Below, piece by piece: positions 45,488 through 57,687 of a DNA stretch of 64,000 nucleotides. The notes under the pieces were generated by a model. That model saw only the letters and a program-made list of their open reading frames with translations. It did not search any database and was not told where the DNA came from. Numbering within the stretch: the first letter of the stretch is position 1; each line of letters opens with the position of its first letter. A program made the position numbers and the translations under genes. Source of the DNA: Guillardia theta CCMP2712 (lineage: Eukaryota > Protista > Cryptophyta); assembly GCF_000315625.1 (NCBI RefSeq), contig NW_005434660.1, forward strand, positions 531,911-595,910, read 5' to 3'.

Positions 45488-47336
45488 CTCATCCTGAAGC
45501 AGGCGAAATGTGCAGGCGAAGCTCCAGGGAAGAAAGAAATGTGCGCATTCCGAGGTTGAGAACTTGCGCTTGGCCTTTGAGGTGAAGGAGGAGGGCGAAG
45601 GAGCGGGCTGAACGCTCCTCCAGGCTCTTGATCCCATGGGGACCGGCAGCATTGACATCGAGGTGACTTGCTCCTCTCAGACCATGTCTAAAAGCGTTCA
45701 GGCGTTCGTGCAGCAGTCAGGCATGGGAGGAGAAGACAAGGAGAGGAGGAGGGTGACCGCGTTACAGCCATGAGCAAACAGGTCGCTGAAGGATTCTTGC
45801 ACAAGTGTAACAATGCTGGTGTTTCAAATCCGATTACATTCCCCAAGGTGAGCAGCACCAGCACCAGCACCAGCACGAGCCTTTGTTCACCATGTTCACC
45901 TTCTTGTCAGCTCGTGAAGGTTCTGTACCCTCACCTCGCTCATCTCTACAAGACCCACGAGCTTGTAAGCGAACGCTTGTGTGATGTGCGAGTGACCTCC
46001 TTGCAGCCTCCGGCGACAGCTATGAGGATCAAAGAGAGAGAAGAAGCTGGTGAGGAAGAGGAAGAAGAGGAGGGAGAGATGAGAAAGAGGAAGAAGAGGT
46101 GGGAGTTGGAGGATCGAGAAATTGGGACAGGCAGGAATGACGGATCAGATGGGCAAGATGACAAGGTAGCAGGGAAACTCCCGACGCTTGAATCTCAACT
46201 GAAGAAGAAACATGTCAACGAGATCCAGGAGCTCTTCGACCTTCTCGACAGCGAGCGGTCGGGAAGCGTCAGCTTCGAGGTCTGCCGCTCCGTCAAGCTG
46301 CCCGGATCTGTACTCTGATGTTCCTCGAGGTGATGGAGAAACACTTCGCCTCCAATGGACTCTTCAAACCGAACGTAGGAGGAGGAGGAGGAGGAGGAGG
46401 AGGAGGAGGAGGAGGAGGAGGAGGGGGAGTAGGAGAAGGTGGTGGTGGTGGTGGTGGTGGTGGTGGTGGTGACGTGTCACAGGAGCTCATCGAGATGATG
46501 CAAGCTATCGTTGACAAGCACGCTGCTGCACATGGAGGTTCATCGGAGAGGAAGCTAACGATGGAACAATTCATGATGTTCGTGAAAGAGTGAGATCAGA
46601 GAAACTGACTTTGATTCGGTTTTCTCTTACTCGTCTGTGCTCAAGATTCTATCCAGCTGGAAGAACTTTGAAGCTCGAGGTATCAAAGCTTCCCGTCTCA
46701 AATCTCTGCCATCACCATCCTCTCCTCTGCCTTTCCTGTCCTCCCTGCCACTCATCGTCCCTCTCCTCTTCACTCCCCCCTCAATCCCCTCGCTCTCTTC
46801 TCTCCTATTCTCCTCTCCTTCCTCCCTTCCTCCTCTTGTCTCAATTGTTGGCGCAGGCCTTCATTCGGTACTCGAAAGAGATGATGGAGATGCAGAGCAA
46901 TCAGATGAAGAAGAAGTATTCGTCCTTCACTTTCTCCATCAGTCTAATGCATTCCCTCCAGGAAACAGGTGTCTCTGTCGCCAGGCACGTGATGGCCGAC
47001 GGCTCCCTCGCTTACCTCCACCACGAGCGTCTCACAGTCTCGCTGCCTGGCCCAAGGCTTCTCCCATCGTCCGATCACCTCCTCCTCTCCTCTTCCTTCC
47101 TCGCCTTCTCCTCTCCCTTTCCTCTTCTTCTGTCCCCTCCTCTCCTATCCTATCCCTTCCTCTCCTCGCCTCTCCCTGGCCTCCTCCCCTCCCCTCCTTC
47201 TCACCTTGTATCTGACCTGGTGCCGTTACTTGAAGTGGTTCAAAGCGATTCTGTCGCCGAATTAAAAGGATTCATTCGATTTAGATCATTTGTCGGGGCC
47301 TGGCATCGATTTTTTTTAAATGCAATACACCGTTAG
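45488..47336 (+). CDS. EF-hand protein (5' end probably in the gap)
   Basis: NLRLAFE|ALDPMGTGSIDIE and EIQELFDLLDSERSGSVSFE; KLTMEQFMMFV. Confidence 0.65.
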
Positions 47337-47671
47337 CAACTACACCACCACCCTACCCCTAAACCAACCCCGTGACTCGACAACCCTACCCTCTCCATTC
47401 CCACGACAACAAATAACCCCACCCTCAGTGCCGTCGCTAAACGAATGCTACTGCAAGTGATAGTACCCCACCAGAGTCACTCTCTGCGATGCTGAATGAC
47501 CGGTCCGATACAGTCGTATGCCACCCCTTTATCCATAACCCCACCTGTGAAGTGGCTGACCCTTTCACCCTACCCCCTATGCATTGCTCGTTTGACTACC
47601 CCTCATGAAACCCCTACCTAGGCAGACTACCCCTGCCTGCTGATCTCCCCGACTGTCTCCCTACCACTGCC

Positions 47672-50600
47672 ATGCCGGAAGCGACGGGTCGCGCTCCTCT
47701 CTGCGAGCTGCGGGAGAGCCGCCTGAACGTGCAGGGTCAGACAGAGATCAGGAAGAGAAGCAAGAGCGAAGCAACAGAGACGAACAAGAGCGAAGCGACA
47801 GAGACGAATAAGAGCGAAGCGACAGAGACGAACAAGAGCGAAGCAACAGAGACGAATAAGAGCGAAGCGACAGAGACGAACAAGAGCGAAGCGACAGAGA
47901 CGAACAAGAGCGAAGCGACAGAGACGAACAAGAGCGAAGCGACAGAGACGAGGGAGGTCACGGTCGAGCAGCTCCAAAGAGAAGTGCAGCATTTGAAAGG
48001 AGAGCTGGTGGAAGCCAACTTGAAGCGGAAGAAGGTGAGAGAGAGGAGAAGGCGCTTGAGGTGACTTGCAATCTTGATAGAACTCTTCACGAGTGCTAGA
48101 GCTTGCCGAGAGACTAGGCAAGGCGGACGAGAGGGAGAGCATTCTAAGAAGCAAGTTGTCAGCTGCGGTACCACACGGATGAAACTCGAGGCACTGAATG
48201 ATGTGAGATGCTGCAGAAAGATCAGCTCAAAGATCTCAAGAAGCAGCTCAAGTCCCATCAGGCGTTAGGATGCGGTACCGGTACTGCTGACTTGCATGCT
48301 ACGAGCTCACTTGTCTGAGGAGGTACCGGCCGCATGCACGCCCTGCATTCTGTGCCAGAAGGAAACGAAAGCTGCTGTGGTGAATCGCCACCCAAGTCTC
48401 AAGAGCAGAGCGAGGTGAGGAGAGAGGAGAGAGGAAAGGAAGACAGAGTTGGGATGATACGGAATGAGTTGTTCCCACAGGACGTCCAAGCAAGCCTCGT
48501 CTACGTCTACCTCCTCCGCTTCCCGCATACACATTCAGGTATCGAGTGAAGCTCAAAGACCAGATGTTGAGCTTGTGGTTCAGTTTGTCTTCCAGCTCAG
48601 AGTCCGTCGAGGAGGCAGCGGTGAGAGGCACCTCAGCTATCGACCGCCTGCTGATGTACTGCAGGGCCCACCTCATGGAGGCTGTCCTGACGCTCTTCTA
48701 CACCCTCCTCCTCCTGGCGTGCTTTGTGCTGGGCTCGGATACTGCACGACTGGTGTTGCCGTCTGAGAAAGACGGCGACCACGAGCATCTGATGATCGCG
48801 TCCTTCACTACCTCCTCCCTCCACTTCCTTTTGCAGCGAATGTAAATGCGTCCCCCCTGTAAAATTTGTAGTACAGAAACCATGGCAAGCTCCCTCCTTG
48901 TCTCTACTCTGTTCTGCTCTGCTCCCCCACGCTCCTCCTTCTCCCTTCTCCCTTCTCCCTTCTCCTCCTCCTCCTCCTCCTCCTCCTCCTCCTCCTCCTC
49001 CTCCTCCTCCTCCTCCTCCTCCTCGAGTTTTGTCGCTCCTGCAGTTTGTCGGGATCTCCTGGGAACCTTTCATGCCCACCCATGTACACGGAGACCACCC
49101 CTCCTTGTACCATGAAATACCCACCCCTGTGAGTCCTGCAAGGATTTCTTACGCATGGCGCTGCTTCCAGTGCTGTCGGTGATCATGTACGCGATGAGTG
49201 TGGAAGCTTTCAGCTCACCAACGGTGAATCATGACGTAGAGGATGATATCCTGACCTCTCCTCCTCCTCCTCCTCCTCCTCCTCCTCCTCCTCCTCCTCC
49301 TCCTCCTCCTCCTCCTCCTCTCTCACTCCTCCCCTCCCCCTCCCCTTCCTCCGCCCCTTCCTCTGCCTCTTCTCCTCCCCCTCTTCTCCATCCCCGAGAT
49401 GCCGTCTCCCTTGCTAAGACCATCTTCTTCAACACCACGTGAGGAGGTCTCGTCTGGAGCATCATACAGTCACGTGTCGCCCATCAGAACATGGTTCCTT
49501 GTCTGACCATTCAACACGACAGGTGGGGCGACTTGCTCTCGGGAGATGCTTCTGCGCCAAGCAGCTCCGACCGAGCTCGTGCATGACCAGCAGGAACCGG
49601 CGAGGTGAGGGACAGACGAGGAAGTGCGGCATGACGAAAGGTGCAGAAGCTCCGACAGCGAAATTGCTCACCAACTTTTTCGAGGAAACGAACATGCGAG
49701 CTGGGACAGGAACTCATCTTGCTCCTCACAGGCTGTCAGGCTCATTGAGAGCGGCGAGATGGCCAAGGCTGAAGCTGCGCTAACGCACGCAGAGAACGTC
49801 TGGAGGGAGGCGGATGTGGTGCGATACCTTGAGCACCTTGTCGTCGCTCATGGAGTTGCAGCTGAGGAGAGACGAGTCACCCTACACGGCGATGCTGGAG
49901 GAGGCGAGAAGCGCCATGGAGCAGTGAGAGTCTGTCGCATGCTCGCTCGTCCAGCTCACAGCGACGGCAGACCTGACAAGGTGACGTCGCTCGGGGCTCA
50001 TCTAGCTGGCAACATCACGCAGCGCTGCAAGGAGGTGGGAGGAGGAGGAGGAGGAGGAGGAGGAGGAGGAGGCTTCCTTTCTCACACTCGCTCCAGCTGC
50101 TTGCAGCAAGCAAAGCCATCCCGTCGAGCGATCGAGCAGCGACGATAGAAGAGGAAGGAGAAACGGAGGGCAAAGAGAAACTAATGCTGGAGGGTTGCAG
50201 GCGAAGAAATACGCAGAAGAAGCAGAGGAGGCGTACGAGGCCGCGGGGTTGCTTGAAATGTGTCTCACAGTCTCAACGGCCCAGCAGCACCTGACGGGTT
50301 GATAGACCGCAGTCAAGAAGCGCTTTGAGAGAGACGAAAATTCAAGTTCTCTTTGCCGAGTGGAAGTTAGGCGCTGAGCAGGTAAGCCGAACGAGAGACC
50401 GGAGCGAAGGAAGGGATGGGGAGGCACAGGAAGAGCGTTTGAGAGAAGGAGGAGAGCGACAGGAGGGAGGGAGAATGTAAATTTCTGTCCTGCTAGCGAT
50501 CGGAGAGGAGTGAGGCCTCGTGGATCGAGCGACATGTGATGAAGGTGGCACGCAAGCAAAAGATCCACGAGGAGGCCGGTGAGGGCGGAGAGCGAGAGGA

Positions 50601-53284
50601 TGAAGCAAGCTTGACCATTGGAGCTCAGAGAGTGAGCGAGGAGCGGACGAGCAGGTGGCACTTAAGGCTGGAGCGAAGGAGCGAGCAGACCAGGTGGAGG
50701 AGGAGGAGGAGGAGGAGGAGGAGGAGGAGGAGGAGGATGTGCTCATGGCGTGGCAGGGCTTCCTTGTAGCAGAACAATTGGTTGCGGACGGCAAGTTTGA
50801 TGAAGGTGACGTGTGGTGAGCTCGCGTCCTTTGATGACGTCAGTGTGCAGCTCGACAAGTGCTGGAGGAGGTGGAGGAAGGCTGGCGGGTCTCAGGCATG
50901 CTGGGGTTCCCTGGAAGACCGTGAGATCTCCCTCCCTCCCTCCCCCTTCTCTTCCACCTCAATACCCTCTCCCTCCCTCCCTCCCTCCCTCCCTCCTCCT
51001 TCCCATCTTTTCCACTTCCTCCCACCGCCTGCCTTCTCAATGCCCAGCAGATTCGAGAAGGCGATCGAGGATCTGCTGGCCAAGTGCGAGAGAACCGACA
51101 CTCGTCTAGGTCAACGAGGAGATGAAAGTTGCGAGCCTGACGCGACGGCAGGATAAACGAGAGAGACAAGGAGACCAAGCATCGTGTCCTCTCCTTCCTT
51201 TCCGTCCCCCTTCTCATTCCCCTTCCCTCTCCTCCTTCGGATTGAAAGCCCGACAACTTGGGTGTTGATAGCTCGCATGTAATGATCGAAACGTTAATTG
51301 ATGACAGTGCTACTGCTCAATCTGCTCTCCTCTCGCTCCCTCTGCTCTCTTGCGAGCAACTTGACGCCTCCTACAGCTTCGAGCGGTTCAGCGACGCGCT
51401 GCTGGTGATGTAACCCGACGGCCCGTCGATGGGGAAGAAGACCTGCGGAGGTGTGAGACGTTGAGAGCAAGCAGGTCTGCCTCACGTCATTGTTCGTGGC
51501 GTGCATGTGAGCAGGGACGTTGAGGGAGGACAGGGGCATGTAGTGCAGGTTGGGCGTGATGATCTTAATGTCCTGTGCGCACGTCAGACAAGAAGGAGGA
51601 GGAGGAGAAGGAGACAGTGATATGCGGCTTGCACGCTTCGATGGCCCCCAGACACATCTGGTGTTGGGTCAACTGGGCGGAGGGAGAAGGGACGCCTTCC
51701 TTAGCAGGACCTGCAACCATGACAAGGTCATGGCCCGGTGATGAACCAGCTGGACTCACCCGCAAAGTTCTTGATGAAAGCTGTCTTGACACGCTCGTAG
51801 CACTCGTTGAAAGGAGCTTTGTCGCTCGCATACTCCCACTCCGACTGAAACCTCACGTCAGTCCTCCGCCTTCCTCCCTCCCACCACTCTTGGCGTCTCC
51901 TCGGCGCCTCCCGACCTCTCGTCTTGCTCACCTCTACGGAGGTACTGAAGATGCGATCAGTCGATTCGCCGAGGGTCGTCCACTTGTCCTTCTCCATGAT
52001 GGAGCCTTTGTGGCCGACGAAGCCGGTGAAGCTGAAGCAACGTCAGCGCAGTCTTTCTTGACTCTGTCGCTCACGAGGATTGAGTCGACTTGAGCACGAT
52101 GAAGTTGAGGATTCCTCCTGCTCATCCGTTCACTCACACCCAGGCCTCGCATCCTTGTTGCTCTGTTCGCTCACGTACGGACCTCTCCCCTTCTTCCTCT
52201 CTCCTCCTCCTCCTTCCTCTCTCCTCCTCCTCCTTCCTCTCTCCTCCTCCTCCTTCCTCTCTCAGTGTCTCACCGGTGATCTTAGCTGGGGCTCCTCGAG
52301 ATTGCACGACCTGACGATCCCGTGAGCCCCATCCCCTCACAGCATGGTCATGCCAGCACCTTAGCGTATCTCCTCTCAGTCGTCGTCTTGGTGAAGGCGT
52401 GGTTGTGAGGCTCCTGGTCAATCTGCAGTGACGAGAATGAGCAAGGGGTGAGGCACCTCGGTAGGGAGCAGGGAAGGCGGTTGAGGGAAGACGTTGAGAG
52501 GACGAGGGACTGAGCGAGGAGGAAGAGGAATTTCAGAGAAAGGAGAAGGCGGAGGAGCGTGTGAAGGAGCTGACATGAATGCGGCCCCAGGGGTCCTCGA
52601 AGAGCGTGACTTGCACTTTGGTGATCCAGTGATAACTGGCGTGGACGTCAGGAGATCGAGCAGAGGGAGGAAGAATCTAGCTACGTGCTGAGGAAGTGAG
52701 AGGCAATCACTTTGCCGAATTCCTCCGGGCTGGACAGGTCATGGCTCTGGATCAACCAGGATCAGGAGGGTTGCACGTGAGAAGAGGAGGGAAGTACCCG
52801 AGCGAGTTGGTAGACAGTGTTCTTCTGCGTCTCTGTGGCAACGATCTTGGTGTTGCTTCCGGTGGTCCACGAATCTGCAAAGTCGCCCCACAGCAAAGTG
52901 TTGACCTGACCTCATTTCACCCCTCACTCAGCCTTTCCTCGCCATGATCCCCTCACCGTGAGCTCGTGGATTTCATGCCGTCCACTCCTGCCAGACAGAC
53001 AGAGGTCAATCAAGTAAGAGAGCACGAGCTCACTTACGATTGTCGGTTCAGTTTCATAACACGGATCTTGATTTTGCCGTATGCATGCTCTGATAGATGT
53101 CCGCTCATCTAACATATACGAGATCAGAAGCCGCAAAGGCAGTCCATCTGTTCCATCATCCCTCTCCTTCCCCTCCCTCTCTCCCTCCCTCTCCCTCTCT
53201 CATGCTCCTCCGCTCTCTTCGATGTGGCTGACTGCCAACATGGGGGATCCAGACGCTTCTTGGCAGGGGCCAATTAGGTGGTAG
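47672..53284 (+). CDS. Large multi-exon hypothetical membrane/coiled-coil protein (possibly more than one gene)
   Basis: ATG at 47672, KSEATETN repeat, coiled coil, hydrophobic segments (48680-48840, 49155-49210), TPR-like helices and many GT-AG introns. No family was recognised. Confidence 0.4.
47762..47951 (+). repeat. Coding 24-bp minisatellite x8 (KSEATETN)
   Basis: aagagcgaagc(a/g)acagagacgaa(c/t) tandem units; variation is only synonymous. Confidence 0.95.
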
Positions 53285-53646
53285 GGGTACCATCATGATC
53301 AATTGTAGGGGTGGATCTGGTGAAAGTACCGGTTCATTTCATAACACACAGAAGGGAATTCATGGGGCTCAGGAACAGGAGGAGGGGATATTGCGATAAA
53401 CCGGGATCAATATGGGGGGTGGGGTAGTAAGTACGTAGGACACGTTACAACGGTTGCAAGCTGGGAGCCCCTCAAAAGCAAAAAAAGAGAAAGAAAGAAA
53501 GAAAGAAAGAAAAAACAAGATCTTGTAAAATCAATTTTTTTCTTTTGTTGGAAGTTTTTTTACTTTTGGGCCTCCGGCCTTCACGGCCCGGCCTTAGGTA
53601 ATCCGTTATGAAGCGTAACGGTTTGATACGGAAATAGGTCAGGGGA

Positions 53647-54589
53647 ATGCAGTTCGAGGTGTATGCGAGGAGGGAGGGATCGAGGAGCGAGGGGGCGCGG
53701 TGGGGGAGAGCAGCGGCATCTGCTGTGTCTCTCTCATGTGTACTCATCCTTGCTGTGTACTTGGTCGCAATGCAAGGAGGCAGCAGCGACTCTTCCTCGC
53801 AGTCGCTCTCGCAGTCCCGTCAGGCGCTGGACTGGTCTGTCCCTAGGAAACTCAGAAGCCTCGCACAAGATCACGACGATCGCAACGATCTCGCACGCAT
53901 CCTTCGAGATGGGCAGAGTGCGATGAAAGATCGGGAGAGACCCGTCAATGGTGGGGAGGAAAGCTTCCGCAAAGCTGCTCTTCAGGACGAGAAGGTGACA
54001 ATCTAACTGGTGGCGCCAACGCTAAGCCTTTAATCTTTTTAGAGGAAGAAGGAGGAGAAGAAGGAACGAAGGGAAGAAGAGAAGACGAGGATGTTGACCA
54101 GGCAGGATAAGGACTTGATGCTTAAGACAAAGACCATGGTGCCTTGGGTGCGCTGGCCTCGGGACTCAGGTACAAGTTGGAGTGGCAGGCGCATCTCGCT
54201 GACAGGTTTGGCGGATGTTCAGATCACTTCTCGACGGCGAACAAGCAGATTTTACTTCAGGAGCCTGTTGAGCTCATGATGAAGGACAACGCGGCTCAAG
54301 TGATGCCGTTGAAGGAGATCATGAACAGTGAGGCATGCGATGAGCCCTGTCTTCGCTCACTGCATTTCAGGAATCGTAGTCGATCGCAAGCTCCACACAG
54401 GCGAAGTGAGCGACACTCAATTGGCCATGGCCGATATGAAGGCGAACAAGTGAGTTGAGTTGCCAAGTGATTCCGTCCTTTGCTGACGTTGGCCATCTAC
54501 AGAATGGGAGGACGAGTGGTGAACGGCAAGTCGTCGTTGGACTGCTCGCCGTTCTGCTGATCCAGCCAAGGCTCAAGTCTTATCTTTAA
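53647..54589 (+). CDS. Hypothetical type II membrane protein
   Basis: N-terminal TM segment AVSLSCVLILAVYLVAM followed by spliced hydrophilic exons. Confidence 0.55.
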
Positions 54590-54699
54590 CCCGTCGTGGT
54601 GTTAAACTACAGTAGACAAATTTATTTACTCGATGAAATGCATACAATGACTTTCATGATATCCAGTCATTTTCACAGCACAAGTCAGCTGGTTCTTAA

Positions 54700-56886
54700 T
54701 CATCCTCCTCCTCTTCCAGCAGCAACGGACATTTGCTCTTCCGCATGTCGAGCACGACGAAATATCCGGAGAAAGAGCGGGAAGAGCTCCAGCGTTAAAT
54801 CGAGGTTGACATCATACAGGGGACGAGGGGGTCCCGACTGGCGGTACCGGGGGTTTCTCTCTCTGCCTTGGGGCGTCTCCTCGAGGAAGTTCTGCCAAGT
54901 GTAGCTCTCATCAAAGCCGAGTAGCCAGAGGGCGGCAGGATTCTTGGCGCTTCTCTTGGGGAGGGCGAGAAGCCTGGACGGGTCCTTGGTGATCTGAGAC
55001 AAGAGATTCTTTGCCTGCTCCTCGATATCATACATCTGCTTCTTGTCTCTCAGCCACTCCTTCTTCTCCTGCCGCCATCTGTGTAGCTCCTCCGCAAAGG
55101 CCCTCCTCCTTCTGGTAAGAAGCATCTCGAGCTCGACCAGCACGAAGCTCTCAGACGAGTTGGGCATATGCTTGAAGTTTATCGAGTTCCAGCTGAGGGT
55201 GCCAGGCTTGGCGACGCGCGGAGACGAGGGGGCAGCGAGTAGATTTCTGCTGGAAGCAGCCTTGGACCTTGCTAAGAGACCCTTGACATTGAGAGGGTCG
55301 TTCAACTCGCGCTCTCGCTGCTGCTGCACTACGTCGTCGTACTGCTTCTGCGCCAGGCGGAGGTGAGCAGCTCTTAAAGCCATCATACGCCGAAGCTGCC
55401 GCTGGATGAGCAAGACCTTGTACTTGTACACCTTCAGCACTTGAGCGAATGCCGAATAACGCAGAGAGTCCTTCACGAACTCCACGACAAGTGCAACTGA
55501 TCTCCTCTTCTTTCGTATTCTGTGCGCCATCAGAGCTCTCCACATGTATTTTCGAAACATTTTCTTGAGAAAGCAATTGTTCTTGAACCTGAAGTACCAG
55601 AATTTCCATTTGACGAATCGTTGAAGCCTCTCGGCTGCTTCTTGCATCGCTTGGATGGTTCTTCTCAGATGGAAAACTTGCCGCAGATGGCAAAGTTGAT
55701 TCACAGCTATCATCGCAGGCAGCAGCAACTTTGCTATCATCTCTTCCTTCTGCTGTTTCTTGGCAAGTTCAGCTTCTCTTCGATACTCCACTCGTTTTTG
55801 CTCTTTAATCTGCAATACAGCGAGTGCGTCGTCGCTTGACTTCTGCAAATTTTCCCTGTGTGACTTCATTACGAGATCTCTTCGCTCCTTGTACTTTTGA
55901 CTTCGAATAGCACGAATAGCTTCGAGATTGTCTGGTTTGAAGCTCCGAGTCGACATGAAGAGCTTCATCGGGGCCTTACCCGACTTGAGGTGCTCTCTGT
56001 GCTTCGATACACGAGCTTGCAGCTCGTCCTCATTGCATCGCCAGCTGCTGATCTTCTCATCAAGTTCCTGCTCGATCATCTTGCGAGGCTTAGCCTTGAC
56101 CTTGCCGCTTGCATTGTTGTCCCGCGTGCCCGTCAGTCGCTCAGATACTTCAGTCACCTTTCGAGCTTCCGCCGCAGCAGCAGCTACTTCCTTGTACGTC
56201 AGCTCCCCTGATTCGATTCGTTTCATGTTCCTTTCTATCAGTGATGCTCGCGCTCGCTCCCCTACTTCGGACTCCAGGTTTGCATCGCTTCTGCTTCTTT
56301 CCACCTCCTTCACGTTGGCAGCTCTCAACATTCGCTCGCTCACGCTCCTGGTCAACGCCCCCGTGGAGTCGAGACGTTCAGGAAGTTTGGTTCGATGCAC
56401 CACGGACACGAGCAAAGGGAGCTCCCGCTGGTCTTTCCTGGAGTCTGCTCCATAGCTGAATGATGAGCTTCGAGGTAGTCCTTTCGTGTCACTGGCTGTG
56501 TGCAGATCAAGATCAATCTCCAAAGAGGAGTTCTTGCTGGCCAAGACGGCAAAGGGATCCAGAGAAGAATTGACCAAGTCCAACAGGCTGACTCGTCGCA
56601 GCAGTGGTTTCTTTACTTCGATGCCGATCGAACGACGCCTCAGAGCCCTGGACCTCGAGGCGGTCGAGGTCGTCGAGGTCACAGATCGAAGTGAATCTGA
56701 GAACATGAACGAGTGAACTCTCGATTTCAAATCAGTCCCTTGAAGGTTCTCAACCGCCGACATGCCGTCGCCTCCGACTCGTGGGGCTCCAATCAGATGC
56801 TTCCGAAGATCTGCGATGTGAAGAGTTCCGTACGAGCCTCCCTCTCCCTCCCTCCCTCCCTCCTCGCTTCGTGTCTGGGCGCTCAC
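54700..56886 (-). CDS. Long basic coiled-coil protein with IQ-like motifs (likely start Met at 56763)
   Basis: 728-codon open frame with AAERLQRFVK and VLLIQRQLRRMMALR. Confidence 0.8.
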   Translation of the reverse strand: MSAQTRSEEGGREGEGGSYGTLHIADLRKHLIGAPRVGGDGMSAVENLQGTDLKSRVHSFMFSDSLRSVTSTTSTASRSRALRRRSIGIEVKKPLLRRVSLLDLVNSSLDPFAVLASKNSSLEIDLDLHTASDTKGLPRSSSFSYGADSRKDQRELPLLVSVVHRTKLPERLDSTGALTRSVSERMLRAANVKEVERSRSDANLESEVGERARASLIERNMKRIESGELTYKEVAAAAAEARKVTEVSERLTGTRDNNASGKVKAKPRKMIEQELDEKISSWRCNEDELQARVSKHREHLKSGKAPMKLFMSTRSFKPDNLEAIRAIRSQKYKERRDLVMKSHRENLQKSSDDALAVLQIKEQKRVEYRREAELAKKQQKEEMIAKLLLPAMIAVNQLCHLRQVFHLRRTIQAMQEAAERLQRFVKWKFWYFRFKNNCFLKKMFRKYMWRALMAHRIRKKRRSVALVVEFVKDSLRYSAFAQVLKVYKYKVLLIQRQLRRMMALRAAHLRLAQKQYDDVVQQQRERELNDPLNVKGLLARSKAASSRNLLAAPSSPRVAKPGTLSWNSINFKHMPNSSESFVLVELEMLLTRRRRAFAEELHRWRQEKKEWLRDKKQMYDIEEQAKNLLSQITKDPSRLLALPKRSAKNPAALWLLGFDESYTWQNFLEETPQGRERNPRYRQSGPPRPLYDVNLDLTLELFPLFLRIFRRARHAEEQMSVAAGRGGG

Positions 56887-57295
56887 TTGTCAACTTAATA
56901 CAAGTTTTTAAATCCTTATAAATATCTTTTAGAGTTGAGTAGTAAGAGTTTGCAAGTCGCGGTAAAATAATGTGTAGCAGATTTACTATACTTATTCGAA
57001 TTTTTGTAAGGGATTCTCACTTTTAAAATTGAAAAAATAGGGAAAACATAAAAACATATAGAGTACACAAGTTGCCCGATCTGGTCTTTACAATTTCTAA
57101 AAGTGATATTGGTTGGTTTATTTTACATATATTGGCCTCTAAAACACTTGTAGAGTACAGAACCGTCCCGTGAAATTAAGTTTAGGAAGTTCACTTGTGG
57201 ACTCAAAGCTTCTTATGAGGGTCTAGGTATACTAGCACCCCGATACAAATCTACTAGGACAGCGGTTGAGAGCTATTTCGGAAGTGACTGTCTCG

Positions 57296-57326
57296 CTTTA
57301 CTCAAAGTTAAGTTAAAGATCAGTAC
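57296..57326 (+). repeat. Dispersed 31-bp element, copy 3
   Basis: Identical to 6451-6481. It is preceded by an AT-rich tract and followed by a CCGG island (57340-57480). Confidence 0.95.
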
Positions 57327-57687
57327 CTATCAGCCCCTGAGCTCACTGGCCGGGCCGCGTCCGACCGCTCCGAGTGTTCACTTGCCGTCCGAGTGCCACT
57401 GGGCGGCCCGGTAGCACCCGGCGGCGGGCAGTTCGGGAGTCCGCCGTCGGAGCCTCCGGCGATTTCGACTTGATGCGGCCATCGGAGAGTCACAGCTGGA
57501 CTCGAACAGCTTGCAGCGATCGCGCGGTGGGATGAAGGTAAAACTATCAAAGCTGATGTAAAGCGAGCACTGCTTGCGATCAGTTGAGTTGTCTAATCAT
57601 AATGATGCCGCTGGCGGCCGCTACTGACGTAAATATACAACAAAACTCCCGGGCCTAGACACGGCCCAGTCACTCTAGCCTTCCTTG

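Noticed and set aside
46212-46600. Poly-Gly/Arg/Trp/Pro ORFs here and at 48960, 49260, 50040, 50700, 61270 and 62550
   Set aside because: These are translations of intronic trinucleotide microsatellites.
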